Of a DNA stretch of 64,000 nt, positions 28,458-42,743 are shown one piece after another. Position 1 is the first letter of the stretch. Every line of letters starts with the position of its first letter. The stretch lies in contig OX597827.1 of NCBI GenBank assembly GCA_951406725.2, positions 45,508,001-45,572,000 on the forward strand, in the 5' to 3' direction. A program made the translations under genes and the position numbers. Origin of the DNA: Octopus vulgaris (Eukaryota). Under the pieces are notes generated by a model. The model did not search any database and was not told the origin of the DNA. It worked only from the letters and a program-made list of their open reading frames with translations.

Positions 28458-28979
28458 TTTCCGAAATGTATAGTATTAAATAATTATCACGGCTGGTCTT
28501 ACCTGTCGGTTTCGCGTAAAGAATACAAAGGAGTGTTAGGTAACAAACCGATTATATAACTTTACGTTCATCAGAGTTAGTCGATATGGAAGGGAAAATG
28601 GCTACTGCTCATACATACGCGGGTGATTGCATATCTTTGTGTGTAAGGTTATAGCTTATTCATGGTCACTTATGTTACGTAAATGTAATTTAATTTGAAA
28701 CACTTATATTTCGATTGTATGATTTTAAATACATTGTGGTATACCCGGTTATATTCATTGGGGGGTATGATAACAACGGGGTCTGAGGAGTGAAGGTCAT
28801 TATAGTAGAAAGTTGGGGTAAGAAACCAGTTAGCTTCAAGAAAGACAGGCCATTACAGTAGAATCATATTCATTGGGAAAATGAACGGCAACAGCCATTG
28901 TATAAATATTGCATTACTCTTGTTGGTGGGAATATTGATACGATATCATCACCTTACAATTCCCATATGGGACAGTTGT

Positions 28980-29873
28980 TCTTGGTGTGGTGGTTGCGGG
29001 GTGATATGAGGATGGTGATGGTGGTTGTGGTAGTGACGGCGGTATCGGCGGTGTTAGTCGTACTCTTCTTGGTGGTATTGGTGAAGGTGGTGGTGGTGGT
29101 GGTGGTGATGGTGGAAATGCTGGCGGTTTTGATGGTAGTGGTGATGTTGTTTAGTGATGGTGGGGATAGTGATAGTGATGGCAGTAACGTAGAGCTGGTG
29201 GTGGTGGTGGTTGTAGTGGCGGCGACAGTGGTAGTAATGGTGATGGTGGTGATGGTGGTGGTAGTGATGGTGGTGGTGGTGGGGGTAATGGTGGTGATGG
29301 TGGGGATGATGGTGATGGTGTTGGTAGTGGTGGTAGTGGTAATGGTAATATTGGTGGTGGTGGTGGTGGTAATGGTGGTGATGGTGGTGGTGGTGCTAGT
29401 GATGGTCGTGGTGATGATGCTGATTGTAATAGTAGTGGTGATAGTGGTGGTAATGATGGTGATGGTGGCGATGGTTATGATGTTGGTGATGGTGGTAATG
29501 GTAATAGTGGTAATAGTGGTTGAGACGGTGGTGGTGGGGATGGTAGTCGTATCTATGGCGGCGGCATAATATTGATAGTGCTGGTCGCAGTGGTGGTGGT
29601 GGTGGTGGTGGTGGTGATGGTGGTGATAGTGGTTGTTGTGATGGTAGATGCAGGGATGGTGGTCGACATGATGGCGGTGGGGATGCTGGTGGTGGTAGTG
29701 GCGCTCGTTATGTTGGTGGCTTTGATGGCGGTGGTAATGACGACGGTGGAAGGATGAAATCGTGATGAGAGCTGTGATTGCTAAGGTGATGGTAGATGCG
29801 ATGGTGGTGGTTGTTTAATAAATATTGTCATGGGATAATAAATAATAACGCATACAACTTTGATACTGGGATA

Positions 29874-29926
<53 letters not shown>

Positions 29927-30025
29927 GTAGTAGTAGTAGTTGTAGTAGTTGTAGCAGCAAGTGATGGTGTTTCGCTCATGGTGGTGGTGGTGGTAGTAGT
30001 AGTAGTTGTAGTAGTAGTAGTAGTT

Positions 30026-30058
<33 letters not shown>

Positions 30059-30961
30059 ACAGCAGCGGTGGTAGTAGATTCACTCATGCTGGTGGTGTTT
30101 GTAGTGGTGACGATGGTGTTGGTGTTGGTTGTGGTGGACGTAGTAGTAGTAGTAGTACTAGTAGTAGTAGTAGTAGTGGTGGTGGGGGATAGCAGCAACA
30201 AGGATGTTGATAGTTTCGTTCAAGCAGATGTTGTTGTTGCCGTTGTAGATGGTTGTGGTGGTGATGGTGGCGATGGTGGTTGTAGTGGTAAGTAAAGTGT
30301 AGGAGATAGTGAGGTTGGTGGGGGTGTGGACGGAACCGAAACGGAGGAGAGGAGTGGGTAGCTGTGCTGTTCGCTTATGAATGGCGGTTGGTTCTGGTGC
30401 CGTGGTATGGCGATGTAGTCGCTGGAATGGGGGAGGGGTCAGAATGGAGGTGGGGGTGGGTGGCAGAGGAAGCGATTAGAGACGTGGTGGCGCAGGATGG
30501 AAAGGCACAGCATATAAAATTAGAACGGTTGCAGTGAAGGAGTTAGATAGACCATGGAGCAAGGCGGCGTCGGCGGTGATGGGGGGGGGGGGGGTCATAG
30601 TGGTGGTGGATGTGATGCTGGTGGTGGCAGTGGTGCATGTGCTTGTTGCAGTGGTGATGGAGTCGGTGGTAGCAATGGCTGCGGTGACGGTGCAGTGACG
30701 AAATGCAACATGCATTATTGTTGAATGCATAGGAATGTTGAACTGATGTCGCTTCTGTATAGATTCCCCGCATTCCGACACACAATCTCATCATGCATGA
30801 CATGCGCACGTTATGGTTGTGGTCGTTGTTGTTGTTGTTATTGTTGTTGTGGTTATCATTTGTAATTGTGGTTGTTGCGCTGTTTATAGTTGATGTTAAC
30901 CGTTTTTATTTTATTTTGTTTTTAGTATTTTATAATGCACGTGATATAATGTTAGCTGATG

Positions 30962-30992
<31 letters not shown>

Positions 30993-31042
30993 CGATGACG
31001 ATGACGACGACGATGACGACGATGTCTTGAATCTGGAAGGGG

Positions 31043-31078
<36 letters not shown>

Positions 31079-31380
31079 TGCGCGGAGGGGGCAAGGTGGA
31101 AACGATGATGGTGATGGAGGTGACGACGATCAAAAAGGATAGTAGAAGCGGGAGGAAGAAGTTTAGAAGGAGATCGATAAAGAAGGAAAAATAGGAGAGG
31201 GGGCAAGGAGGAGGAGGAGGAGGAGACGGAAGAGGTGGTTGTAATACATGTGTTGGTTGGTGGTGGTAGTGTCGTTTGTGGTGGTGGCGATGCCAGTGGT
31301 AGTTGTGGTGGTGATGGTGGTGGTGGTGTGGGGGAGTGACTGAAGTGGTTGTGGTGGTTGCGGAGGTTGCAGTGCTGAGC
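28980..31380. repeat. long GGT/GTA/GAT low-complexity region containing motif copy 6
   Basis: direct inspection. Confidence 0.9.
30732..30753 (+). promoter_or_regulatory. 22-bp dispersed motif, copy 6
   Basis: GGAATGTTGAACTGATGTCGCT. Confidence 0.75.
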
Positions 31381-31893
31381 AATGTTAGGAATTAAAAATG
31401 TAGTCACGGGTTCGTTTTCCGGATTTTCCGTTTATGACAAACACGGGCAGCGATCACACATGCGTATTCACTCACCCCACACCCACACATATGTATATAT
31501 ATACGTATATATATATATACGTATATATATATACATACATATACATACATGCACACATATGCATATATATATATATATATGTATATGTGTGCATGTATGT
31601 ATATGTATGTATATATATATACACACATATATATATACATACACATATAGATATATATACATAAATATATATGTGTATATATGTATCTATATTATGTATA
31701 AATATAAATGTATCTATATCTCAATTTATTCCCGTAACTTAGCGCTACATCCAACAGAGACCGATAGAATAAGTACTAGGCTTACAAAGAATAAGTCCTG
31801 GGGTCAATTCGTTCGACTAAATGTGGTGCTCCAGCATGGCCGCAGTCAAATGACTGAAACAAATAAAATAATAATAATAATGATAATAATAAC

Positions 31894-31953
<60 letters not shown>

Positions 31954-32110
31954 CACACAGGGAAAGAGGGAGTGTGAGAGAGTGAGAGAGAAAGATAGGG
32001 GGAGAGAGAAGAGATGGGTTGATCGATAGGCAAAATATATAATTCATTTAGAATCTCGAATAATATATACAAGCGGTGAACATATAAATATTTATTAATG
32101 CGCGTGTTCA

Positions 32111-32180
<70 letters not shown>

Positions 32181-33019
32181 CGTGTATGTGTAAATGTGTG
32201 TTTGTAGATAACTATGTAACTAAATCGATATAGCGTTTCGCGCTGGTTTCTAAGCGGATACTGGTGACCCTCATTGTATGTATGGCGGAAGAAGGGACAG
32301 AAATAGAAATGGAAGATAGGTAACAGGTCACGTGATCGATGACGTCGGCCTCGTGTGATGATCGGTTCGTAATACGAGTACATCGCCTCCTAAGAACATA
32401 CTATAAGCATTATTAACTCTTTTTAAAATGGTGAAGAAGGAAGATTCTAGGAACCGAGGATAGCCATAACTCTTTCATCGGCATTAGTAGAAGAAAAAAA
32501 TGAAAAATAATAAATAAATAAAGTTGAGTGGCTGCAACGTTGATTTGAACCAGTGCCTCAGATTTGCTGTATGCTACGTAGACTACTGCATGCACCGCCA
32601 CCCATCATGTAATAAAAGCAATAACGTATAATATGTGACATACACTATCATGAATGCTTTTGAGATGTATCTTCTATTTAAAGCGACTCCGGCGGATTGC
32701 TAGGATTAATTGTATGAACCCTAGGCTTGAATTTCGCATATAAAGGGGTATTATCAAATAACGAAGTGTCTCATTAATTAAGCAGGGGAAAATATTCAGC
32801 TAAAATGCAGTCGTTTCTGACATCCTCGCCTTATTATTAACAATAATATATGAATTCTGTTATATGAGAACACTTATTTTCTTTTTTTTCAATATTTTTT
32901 TGTACTAGAAAAGTAAAACAGTTAGGTTGTGGCGTTAATGCTATTCTCATAAACATACATCGCTCTAAAAACGTTAGACGAAAAATCGATTTTCGCGGTT
33001 AAACAGTAAAGACAGAGAG

Positions 33020-33200
33020 CCTACTGACACTATGAAGGCACAACTGTTGCATCACAGTTGGCCCCACTAGTTGCTAAACAGCCTCTCGCTTGCTTTTATG
33101 ATATTCCCTTTCAAACAGACTCGTGGAAAAGGGATGCAAATGCGTAGGAATGCAGATCTGTTGTCGCTTCCGCGGCAGAAATCTCGTGTGCGTGCATCAA
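33020..33200 (+). repeat. complex island paralogous to 39070-39245, includes motif copy 7
   Basis: shared GGCACAACTGTTGCATCACAGTT.GCCCCACTAGTTGCTAAA..CCCTTTCAAACAGA..GGGATGCAAATGCGTAGGAATGCAGA. Confidence 0.9.
33147..33168 (+). promoter_or_regulatory. 22-bp dispersed motif, copy 7
   Basis: GGAATGCAGATCTGTTGTCGCT. Confidence 0.75.
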
Positions 33201-33504
33201 AGAAAGAATGCACGTTTGTGCGTGTAAGTGACCGTGCGTATATGTTTGTGCTTGTGTGGACGGCGTCCGTTTTCAAATCTTTCAAATCAACATGTGGAAA
33301 ATTCTAAGCAGCAGGATGTGTGTGTGTGTGTGTGTGTGAGTGTGTATGCATGTATATACGTATGTGTATATATATATACATAGAAAATGCAAATTGTGTA
33401 TATATATTTTTATGCATGCATGCTTGTATGTATGTATATATAAATAATATATGTATATGTATATATATGAATATATACATATTGTTATTAACGTATATGT
33501 ATTA

Positions 33505-33658
33505 GGCGCAGGAACGACTGTGTGGTAAGTACCTTGCTTACCAACCATATGGTTCCGGGTTCAGTGTGGCACCTTGGGCAAGTGACTTCTACTGTAGTCT
33601 CGGGCCGACCAAAACCCTGTGAAAAGATTTGGTAAGTAGAAACTGAAAGGTGCCCGTC

Positions 33659-33660
<2 letters not shown>
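33505..33660 (+). mobile_element. SINE family A 5' half
   Basis: similarity to other copies. Confidence 0.8.
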
Positions 33661-33700
<40 letters not shown>

Positions 33701-33937
33701 TTATATATATACATATATGTATAAATATATGTATATATTTATATATATACATATATATATTCAATTTGAAAACTCCACCAGAATGGACGAAAGCGCTAAT
33801 ATATGATATATGATATTAGTTATATGATGTATAAAAACATGTAATATACAAATAAATATCTGTAAATATAAAACCATCCGAATTTCTGAGTACCTCATTT
33901 CTTCTAATATAAAATACTTGTACATCATCTCCAAACC

Positions 33938-33985
<48 letters not shown>

Positions 33986-34124
33986 ATTGAGTGTGGGTTA
34001 TTATGTCATTGACATTAAGTTATTCGATATCAAACTGCATTCGTGGAAAGAACCACCATACAAATAAATATTTTTTATCTATGCCTTTATTAGCTGTTTG
34101 CATCTTGCTTATATATATGTATAT

Positions 34125-34159
<35 letters not shown>

Positions 34160-34195
34160 CGTGATCACTGTGACCGACCAGGCTATCAGATGTTG

Positions 34196-34240
<45 letters not shown>

Positions 34241-34456
34241 ATTAATCCAAACATGAAAACACAACAACGCGAGGACGTGGAACAAGTATAGTGTTATGGT
34301 ATTATTGGACGCGCTCAGGAAAGGAAAGAAAGAAGGAGGATTTAACGTTTCGAGCGGAGCTCTTCGTCAGAAACATAGGAAAAGGAAAGATCCAAGGAAG
34401 GGAAGACGGAGGAAGAAAGGTGCCAACGGTACACACGCGGTCACGATCTGTGTATG

Positions 34457-34505
<49 letters not shown>

Positions 34506-35024
34506 GTATTTATATAATACTGAAGTATTTCTGTGTTATTTAGATAATACTTGAAGATTTAGAACATGAAAGATGTCGAGAATGATCTCATGGAAATTGT
34601 TCCGTTGCATGTGTCCTATTTTTTTTTATAGAAGTAAGACAAAATATTGCAGTTAAAAAGATAAATATACAGACGTCGACATCAAGGCGCAAAGATAAAT
34701 GAAACTTAGTCTAGCTCGCATTCTTAGAGTAATATATAAGGACAAGTAGAAGGAAAAGAGCGTACTTCTTGCGGGACAAAGTTCCATGTGTAAACGGAGT
34801 TGATTCGGGCGAGGGATCAAAATCGTTTTTATAACGATGGGCGAAACCTTACAGAAATTTCGAATTGCAAACTGGCGGAAGATGTTCGTCGCTGTAAGTT
34901 GGTACATTTACAGCCAATGATGATTTGGTCGGTCATGAATTGCGTGGGTGTTCTTTTCTCTTAATAGCTAGAGCTGGAAATCCCAGCGAGGTCGTGCGAA
35001 AGTGATATATATATATAGAGAGAG

Positions 35025-35094
<70 letters not shown>

Positions 35095-35139
35095 GATAGA
35101 TATAGATATAGATATAGATAGATAGATAAATAGATAGAT

Positions 35140-35174
<35 letters not shown>

Positions 35175-35368
35175 TATGTAACCACGTGTGTATCGTTGGC
35201 GATTTTCTTCCTCTTTCTTCTCTTCTTTTGGAATTTTCTCTTTTTCTGAAGAGGAGTTTTGCTCGAAACGTTAAATCCTCTTTCTTTCCTTTCCTGAGCA
35301 TCTGATAATACAGTACTTGTACCACGTCCTCGCGTTGTTCCTTTTTCTTGTCTGTTCTTTGTTTGGAT

Positions 35369-35442
<74 letters not shown>

Positions 35443-35445
<3 letters not shown>

Positions 35446-36745
35446 TCTCTTTGAATACTCCAACAGTCGTCTGCTGTCCTGTGTGTGTTCCATTGGCCTT
35501 GATATTTCTCCTCCATAATCTTGATTGTTTGATGAAAACGCTCACCATGCTCATCGCTACGCCTCCGAGATTAGCAGGAAATTCATCGAGATTGCTATTG
35601 AGGAAATGAAGCTTTATGCATGTTTTGTTGCCTAAAAGATGAAAGCTATCAAGTAATGTCTCCACCAAATCCTTCTAGTTTGCAGCCTTTTCACTCCCCC
35701 TACCAAATCCTTTCACAACGGTCACAAACGAATCCCATATTCTTTTTTTCTATGTCAGCCATGAAGCTTGAGAAATTCAGGCATTTCGTTAATTTTCTCA
35801 TTTGTGGCTCATCAGAAACACAAGCCATTATTTTATCATAACTTAGGCCAGGAAATGTTGTACATATGAATTTGAAACTGTTACTTCCGCACTAAGAGCT
35901 TTGGCAAATTACTTCATTAGTCCTAGTTTAATATGAAGGGATGGAAAGATGATATTCTTCTCCCCAATAGTCAAAAGTTTTCTGTTCTCAATGTTTGCCT
36001 CTCGCTTGGCTATCCCATAAACGCAGGAAACACGGATATTTCGTATAACTTCCTTGTTGGCCAAGTAAAAAGTTTTAGAACCACACATATGACCGATTTG
36101 TGTTCATCATACTTAAGTAAATCTAATACAACTTTTATGTAATCATAATTCTCTTTTAAGTGCACAGACTGAGCAATAGGAATCGCACCAAACAAGCTTC
36201 CATTATAGAGTAATACACATTTTAGACTCTTCTTTGAACTGTCTATAAAGAGTTTTCATTCACAAGGGTCATACTGTACAACACCCATCATGTTTAACAG
36301 TCCCGCCACGTCGCAACAATAAAGAAAATCTTTTTCCTTCGTAAAGAATGCCAAGAGATCTTTTTCCTTGTTCTGATAAAAAGTCACATTTCTTTCTTTC
36401 TACAACAAATTCTTCTCTTTAAGCCTAGAAGCTAACAGTTCTGATAACTATTTTGACAGTCCTAAGTCTCTAACTAAACCATTAAGTTCTGCCTGGTTGA
36501 AGTTTTCATGTTCTTTGGTTGATGATTCTACAAAGTCTAAATCACTGTCATGTTCATGGTTTATACCTACTTCACATGTATCACTTTCACCCTGCAGTGA
36601 AGGTAGATCCTTGTAAACGGGTACTGGTATTTCATCTGAGTGAAGTACTGGATGAATTGCTGAATCCAGATTTGGGGAACTTATTTTCGGTCACGTTCTC
36701 TTCCTATAACAAGAAGTCTTTGTGAAACAAAAGTAGCAATCGTTT
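35443..36745 (-). pseudogene. decayed Chapaev3-like (CMC superfamily) transposase
   Basis: minus-strand motifs DCYFC, PNLDSAIHPVLHSDEIPVP, FNQAELNGLVRDLGLSK..LLASRLKEKNLL, IDSSKKSLKCVLL, IPIAQSVHLKENY, KLHFLNSNLDEFPANLG, MEEKYQGQW..ADDCW; many stops and frameshifts. Confidence 0.8.
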
Positions 36746-36749
36746 ACAT

Positions 36750-37781
36750 GGTATTTGTGTGTTTGTCCCCCCCCCCCCCCGCCATCGCTTGACAACCGAT
36801 ATTGGTGTGTTTACGTCCCCATAACTTAGCTATTCGGCAAACGAGACCGATAGAATAAGTACTAGGCTTACAACGAATAAGTCCTGGGGTTGGGTTTTTT
36901 TCGACTAAAGGCGGTGATCCAGCATGGCCGAAGCCAAAAGATTGAAACAAATAAAATATATACACGCGCACACACACACACACACACATACACGCGCGCA
37001 CTCACACGCACAGACGCTCACACACAGGGACTCCCACACACACATACATATGTACATACTGTGTGTGTCTTTATACGTGTATGTTGCCGGAACAAATAAA
37101 TGAAAAATGAGACTATTAAAAAAAACAGAAATCAAGATTAACCATAAAATTAAGGATTAATGACAATTTAATCCCACAATCATCCATTTTCATCCAATTT
37201 ATCTCCAGCGTAAAAAAGTATTCTTATCTCTTCACTTTGTAGCTTAATGTGAATATCTATATAGTTTTTTTTGTTTGTTTGTTTCTAGGTGTACGTTAGT
37301 GTACACAACCGTCACTCGCAAGCGAGTGATACTTAGACTACTTTTTTCTCCTACTCCTTTACCCAGTGAAATATCGAAGATAAGACAGCTGAAAGGATAA
37401 AGGACGGCACTCGTACTCGACTGGTATTCGCTTTAAATCAAATGAAGTAGAGAGGCATGAAAGAAAGAAACTTGCTTAAGGACACAGCGTAAAACCATAG
37501 CCTGCATGCATAAATTATACCAAACCAAATGGCTGAATGTATAAGTAACTTGCTTACCAACCACATGGTTCCGAGTTCAGTCCCACTGCGTGGCACCTTC
37601 GGCAAGTGTCTTCCACTATAGCCTCGGGCCGACCAAAGCTTTGTGAGTGGATTTGGTAGACGGAAACTGAAAAGAAGCTCGTTGTACATACATACATACA
37701 TACATACATGCATACATACATATATACGTACGTACATACATACATACATACATATATGTGTGTGTGTGTCTGTGTGTGTGT

Positions 37782-37821
<40 letters not shown>

Positions 37822-37950
37822 TTGTGTGTTTGCGTTTGTCCTCCCTACATCGCTTGACAACCGATGGTGGTAAGTTTACGTCCCAGTAAACTAGCGGTTC
37901 GGCAAAAGAGCCCGATAGAATAAGTATTAGGCTTACAAACAACAAGTCTT
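36750..37950 (+). mobile_element. SINE family A 3' half (36750-36955) and near-full copy (37530-37950)
   Basis: similarity to other copies. Confidence 0.8.
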
Positions 37951-38013
37951 GGGATATTCTTTTAGTGCCTTATTATTTAACTCACTCACTGGTTCGATTT
38001 CCCCTCATGGTAG

Positions 38014-38096
38014 AGGCTCTGACGAAGCCGCAAGGTGTCACTCAGACACACAACCATGTGTTCACTGCATTTTATAGCGGAAACTGCTGTAAGCTA
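38014..38096 (+). ncRNA. Penelope-type hammerhead motif (degenerate)
   Basis: GGCT-CTGACGA-AGCCGC..GCG-GAAA-CTGCTG-TA-AGCT. Confidence 0.55.
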
Positions 38097-38131
38097 ATGA
38101 AGTTCATAGCATAATCGTTTACTCCTTTGTC

Positions 38132-38165
<34 letters not shown>

Positions 38166-39069
38166 TGATGTTTGTTATTATATTCAGTTATAATAAAAAA
38201 AAGAATTTTACATTAATCTGATGAGTTACTCTACTCTATACTTTTATAGTGTACAAATTTATTATTCTTAGACAAGAATGTTGTTGATAGTGACTTCGAA
38301 GCTTCGGCCAACAACATTCTTCTCTAAGAATAATAACTATACTCACACACACACACAAACACACACACACACACACACATACATACATATATATATATAC
38401 ATGTATATGTGTATATATACATATATATGTATACATACATATATATATATATGTATATATATATATGTATATATATATATATGTATATATATATATGTGT
38501 GTTTATATATATGTAGACATGTATGCATGCGTGTGTGTGTGTGTGTATGTGTGTGTATATATATGAGTTTTAGTTGCAACACGCATTTAATATCTTTTCT
38601 ACTATAGGCACAAGGCCCGAAATTTTGTAGAAGGGGCCTAGTCGATTAGGAGCACTGGGGGTCGATGTAATCGAATGACCAAATGAAATCTCTAGACGCA
38701 AGGAAGCCAAGCATAACTCGTTTGGGTATGGCCCTCTTTCCAACAGTATACTACTAACTGTATTCACTTGTAATTTAAGAGAATTAGTGCGTTTATGCAT
38801 CTCCCAGTAACATTAGCAGAGTAAATAGAATACCTATACATGCAATCACAAACGAAGATTTAATTCCCTCTCCATTCCATTCTTGATGTCTTGTAATGAA
38901 ACGTATTATAGAAATTTATGTCCAAAATTATCGTGAGTGAAGTTAAAAAAGGGACAATTAGGTTTGTTGCAGCTTTGATGCCCTTCTCATAATTATCACA
39001 GGCATAACAACGTTTAAATCGCGAACTACAAAACCGAACTTCTCGGTTAGCATAAGCAGTTAGTGAGAG

Positions 39070-39245
39070 AGCTGACACCATGCTGGCACAACTGTTGCAT
39101 CACAGTTAGCCCCACTAGTTGCTAAAACTGCCTGTTGCTTGCTTTTATAGCTGCTCCCTTTCAAACAGATTCGGGGAAAAGGGATGCAAATGCGTAGGAA
39201 TGCAGAACTGATGTCGCTTCTGTGGCAGAAAATTCGTGCGCATGC
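39070..39245 (+). repeat. complex island paralogous to 33020-33200, includes motif copy 8
   Basis: see 33020-33200. Confidence 0.9.
39197..39218 (+). promoter_or_regulatory. 22-bp dispersed motif, copy 8
   Basis: GGAATGCAGAACTGATGTCGCT. Confidence 0.75.
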
Positions 39246-39496
39246 ATGCGAAAGTGGATGCATGTTTGGATGCATTATAGGGGGTGTGGGCGGAGGTGTG
39301 CGAATGGGACAAATGGATAAATGAATACGTGTAATGTGAAGAATGCGTGCTGCAGTGATGATAGCACACAACATGTATATGAACATGTACTCTTCAACGG
39401 GACGAAATTGTGTATGTGATCATGTGAGCGTGTGCATGCGCGCGCGTGCATGTGCGTGTGTGCGTGCGTGCGTGTGAGGATTTATGCGTGTATTTA

Positions 39497-39535
<39 letters not shown>

Positions 39536-40001
39536 TGATAAATAGATAAATATACGTATATATACATGTACATATATATGTGTGTGTGTGTGTGTGTATG
39601 TGTGTGTGTGTGTGTGTGTGTGTAAGTGTGTGTGTGTGATATGTATATATATATATATATATATGTACATATATATGTGTAAGTGGTGTATAGGTTAATA
39701 TTGTGTTACCTATGACATATATATGTGTACGTTTCGTATGCCTATATAAGTTAGTGTGTATATATATATATATTCCTTTTTTTATATTTATATATTTATA
39801 TATTTATATAATTATATATTTACATATATTATATATTATATATATATTACGAAATTCGGTCTAATATTATTATATTGAATTTACATATTTATGTAACGCC
39901 CGCACTCCTTAATATCTTACCTATATATATTTGTGTATGTTTGTGTGTGCGTGCATATATGTGTATGCCTATATATACATATACAAACATATATATGTAA
40001 G

Positions 40002-40059
<58 letters not shown>

Positions 40060-40089
40060 TGCGTGTGTCTGTGTGTATGTGTAGGTGTG

Positions 40090-40120
<31 letters not shown>

Positions 40121-40724
40121 ATATATGTAAATACAAAAAGAGGGAAAGAGAGAGAGAGAGAGACAGAGATGCACACACGCGCGCGCGCGCAAACGCATGT
40201 ATTCCTAAATATACTTAATTAGTGAAGCGTATGACTGTTTTGTTAGTCGTGCTTGAACACTCATACACACGCACACACACTCACACACACTTACACACGC
40301 GCGCATTCACACACAGATAGATGCTTACGTACGCGCACACACTGGCGCCCGTGATCATGGCACTTACACGCGCAAGCGTTCAAAGCGTCCCCTCCACCTA
40401 CCTCCTCTTCACACAAACCACAAACCTTTGCTTGTTTTACTTAGCAACAGGTAAAATATTTTTCAAGCAGTAATGCACCTCTCTCTCTCTCTCCCTCCCC
40501 CCCGCTTGCGACTTCCTCTTAACTGTTTCACATCATCACGGACATGTACATATGGCTACACTCTCATACATGCATACACACCGATAATACATACATACAT
40601 ACATACATGCATACATACATAAATACATACATACACACATACATACATACATTGACACATACATATAGATACAGATATGCGGACATTGTGTGTGTGTGTG
40701 TGTGCATGCGTGTGCATCTATGCA

Positions 40725-41030
40725 AATCGACTTATTCTGTTGGTGTCTTTTGTTGAACCGCTAGATAACAGGAATAGAAACACACCAACAACGGTTGTCA
40801 AGCGATGGTGGGTGACAAACACAGACATGCACACAAATACACACATACGCACGCGCATATAAATATACGACAGGCTTCTTTCAGTTTCCGCCTACCAAAT
40901 CCACTCACAAGACTTTGGTCGGTCCGAGGGTCTAGCAGAAGACACTTGCCCAAGGTGCCACGCAGTGAGACTGAACCCGGAACCATAGAGTTGGGAAGCA
41001 AGCTTCTTACCAGTCAGCCCTAAACCTGCA

Positions 41031-41031
<1 letters not shown>
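40725..41031 (-). mobile_element. SINE family A
   Basis: similarity to other copies. Confidence 0.8.
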
Positions 41032-41082
<51 letters not shown>

Positions 41083-41087
41083 TGCAT

Positions 41088-41136
<49 letters not shown>

Positions 41137-41335
41137 TATATATATAGGGAGAATTCACGAAAAAAAAAAGCAAAAGACGAAGGCAGGTGTTGTAGAAAAC
41201 AAACAGATGTATCAGTATATCGCTCGGGAAGTGAAAAAGACTTTAACGTTTCGAGCCTACGCTCTTCCACAGAAAGGAACACAGAAAGAAACAAGGAGAG
41301 ATAAAAAAAATGTGTGTAGTGGCTAGCGATCTTGC

Positions 41336-41755
41336 GTTTAAATGTACACTGTATTTTATATGAATAATATATAGTCTATTGACTAATTTTTCTATACACT
41401 AGGCCACTGGTAGTAAAAATTTCTAAAATCTTTATTACCCTGATATCATTTATGATATATATATATATATATATATATATGTATAAAGTTAATCCAAACA
41501 TGAAAACACAAAGAGAAAACACAACAACGCGAGGACGTTGATCGAATATAGTATTATTGGACGCTCGGGAAGGAAGGGAAGAAGGAGAGTTTAACGTTTC
41601 GAGCGGAGCTCTTCGTCGGAAACATAGGAGAAGGAAAGATCCAGAGAAGGGAAGACAGAGGAACAAAATTCGCCAACGGTACACACGCGGTCGTGTGTGT
41701 GTGTGTATATATATTTGTGTGTTTGTGTGTGTGTGTGTATATATATTTGTGTGTT

Positions 41756-41829
<74 letters not shown>

Positions 41830-41953
41830 TATATCATTAATAATGTCAGGGTAATAAAGATCTTAGAAATTATTACTACCAGTGGCCTAGTGTATAGAAA
41901 AATTAGTCAATAGACTATATATTATTCATATAAAATACAGTGTACATTTAAAC
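41336..41953. repeat. ~125-bp inverted repeat (41336-41460 and 41829-41953) enclosing microsatellites and a minimal-hammerhead repeat
   Basis: arms are reverse complements with a few mismatches. Confidence 0.92.
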
Positions 41954-42743
41954 ACATTAAGAGGTTTCCATCATAGGAATCCCTTACGCTAGAAAGAAAC
42001 CGTCCTATTACGAAGCTGGAGGTCTTGCTCTGGCTTGTTTCTGGACTACTTAGCTTTGTAGGTTAGAGACATAGTAGGCTGTTATTGACTTTAAATTTCA
42101 GCATGGGCGTTGCTTACATTTTAACGACGCAGGAATAAATCTGCCAGTTCATCTCTTTCGGGCATCTCCGTAATGAAACTTCATTTGTTAAAGCTATATC
42201 TACAGATATTCTATACAAATTATTGTCAGCACTGGTTTTTGTTATGACGTTACGTACTGTACGAAACGTATACTCATCGTGGAATCTGACGAGTGCCGTC
42301 CTTTATCCTTTCAGCTGTCTTACCTTCGAGTTATTTCTAACTGATGTTATTATTCTTTCTTTCTTTTTTTCTTTCTTTATTTATTGGACTATTTCGCTGT
42401 ATTTCGGATCATATGCTTTGTGTAATGGGGCAAAATACTTACCTAGGGGAAAGAAGGTTTCTTCTCAGAAGACCATCTGCTGTTCAGCTCTGTTGTGAGT
42501 TTCTTACCACAGTGACTGCCTTCATGTTTGTATATATTACACATCAGAATATAATATACACACATCTATGTATATTGTTCTAAGAAAAATGAAATGGGTG
42601 TATATACGAACATTTAGTGTCAAAAACTATTCTCAAGATGTCTTAGAAGTATGTGTTAAAACTATAGAAAATATAGTGATATATATATATATATATATAT
42701 ATAAATGAAAGAATGGAGTTGAACGACGAATTAACAAAATTCC

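Noticed and set aside
32520-32600. tRNA-like sequence on the minus strand with B box GGTTCAAATC
   Set aside because: No complete cloverleaf; probably a decayed SINE head. The SINE heads elsewhere are likewise not tRNA genes.
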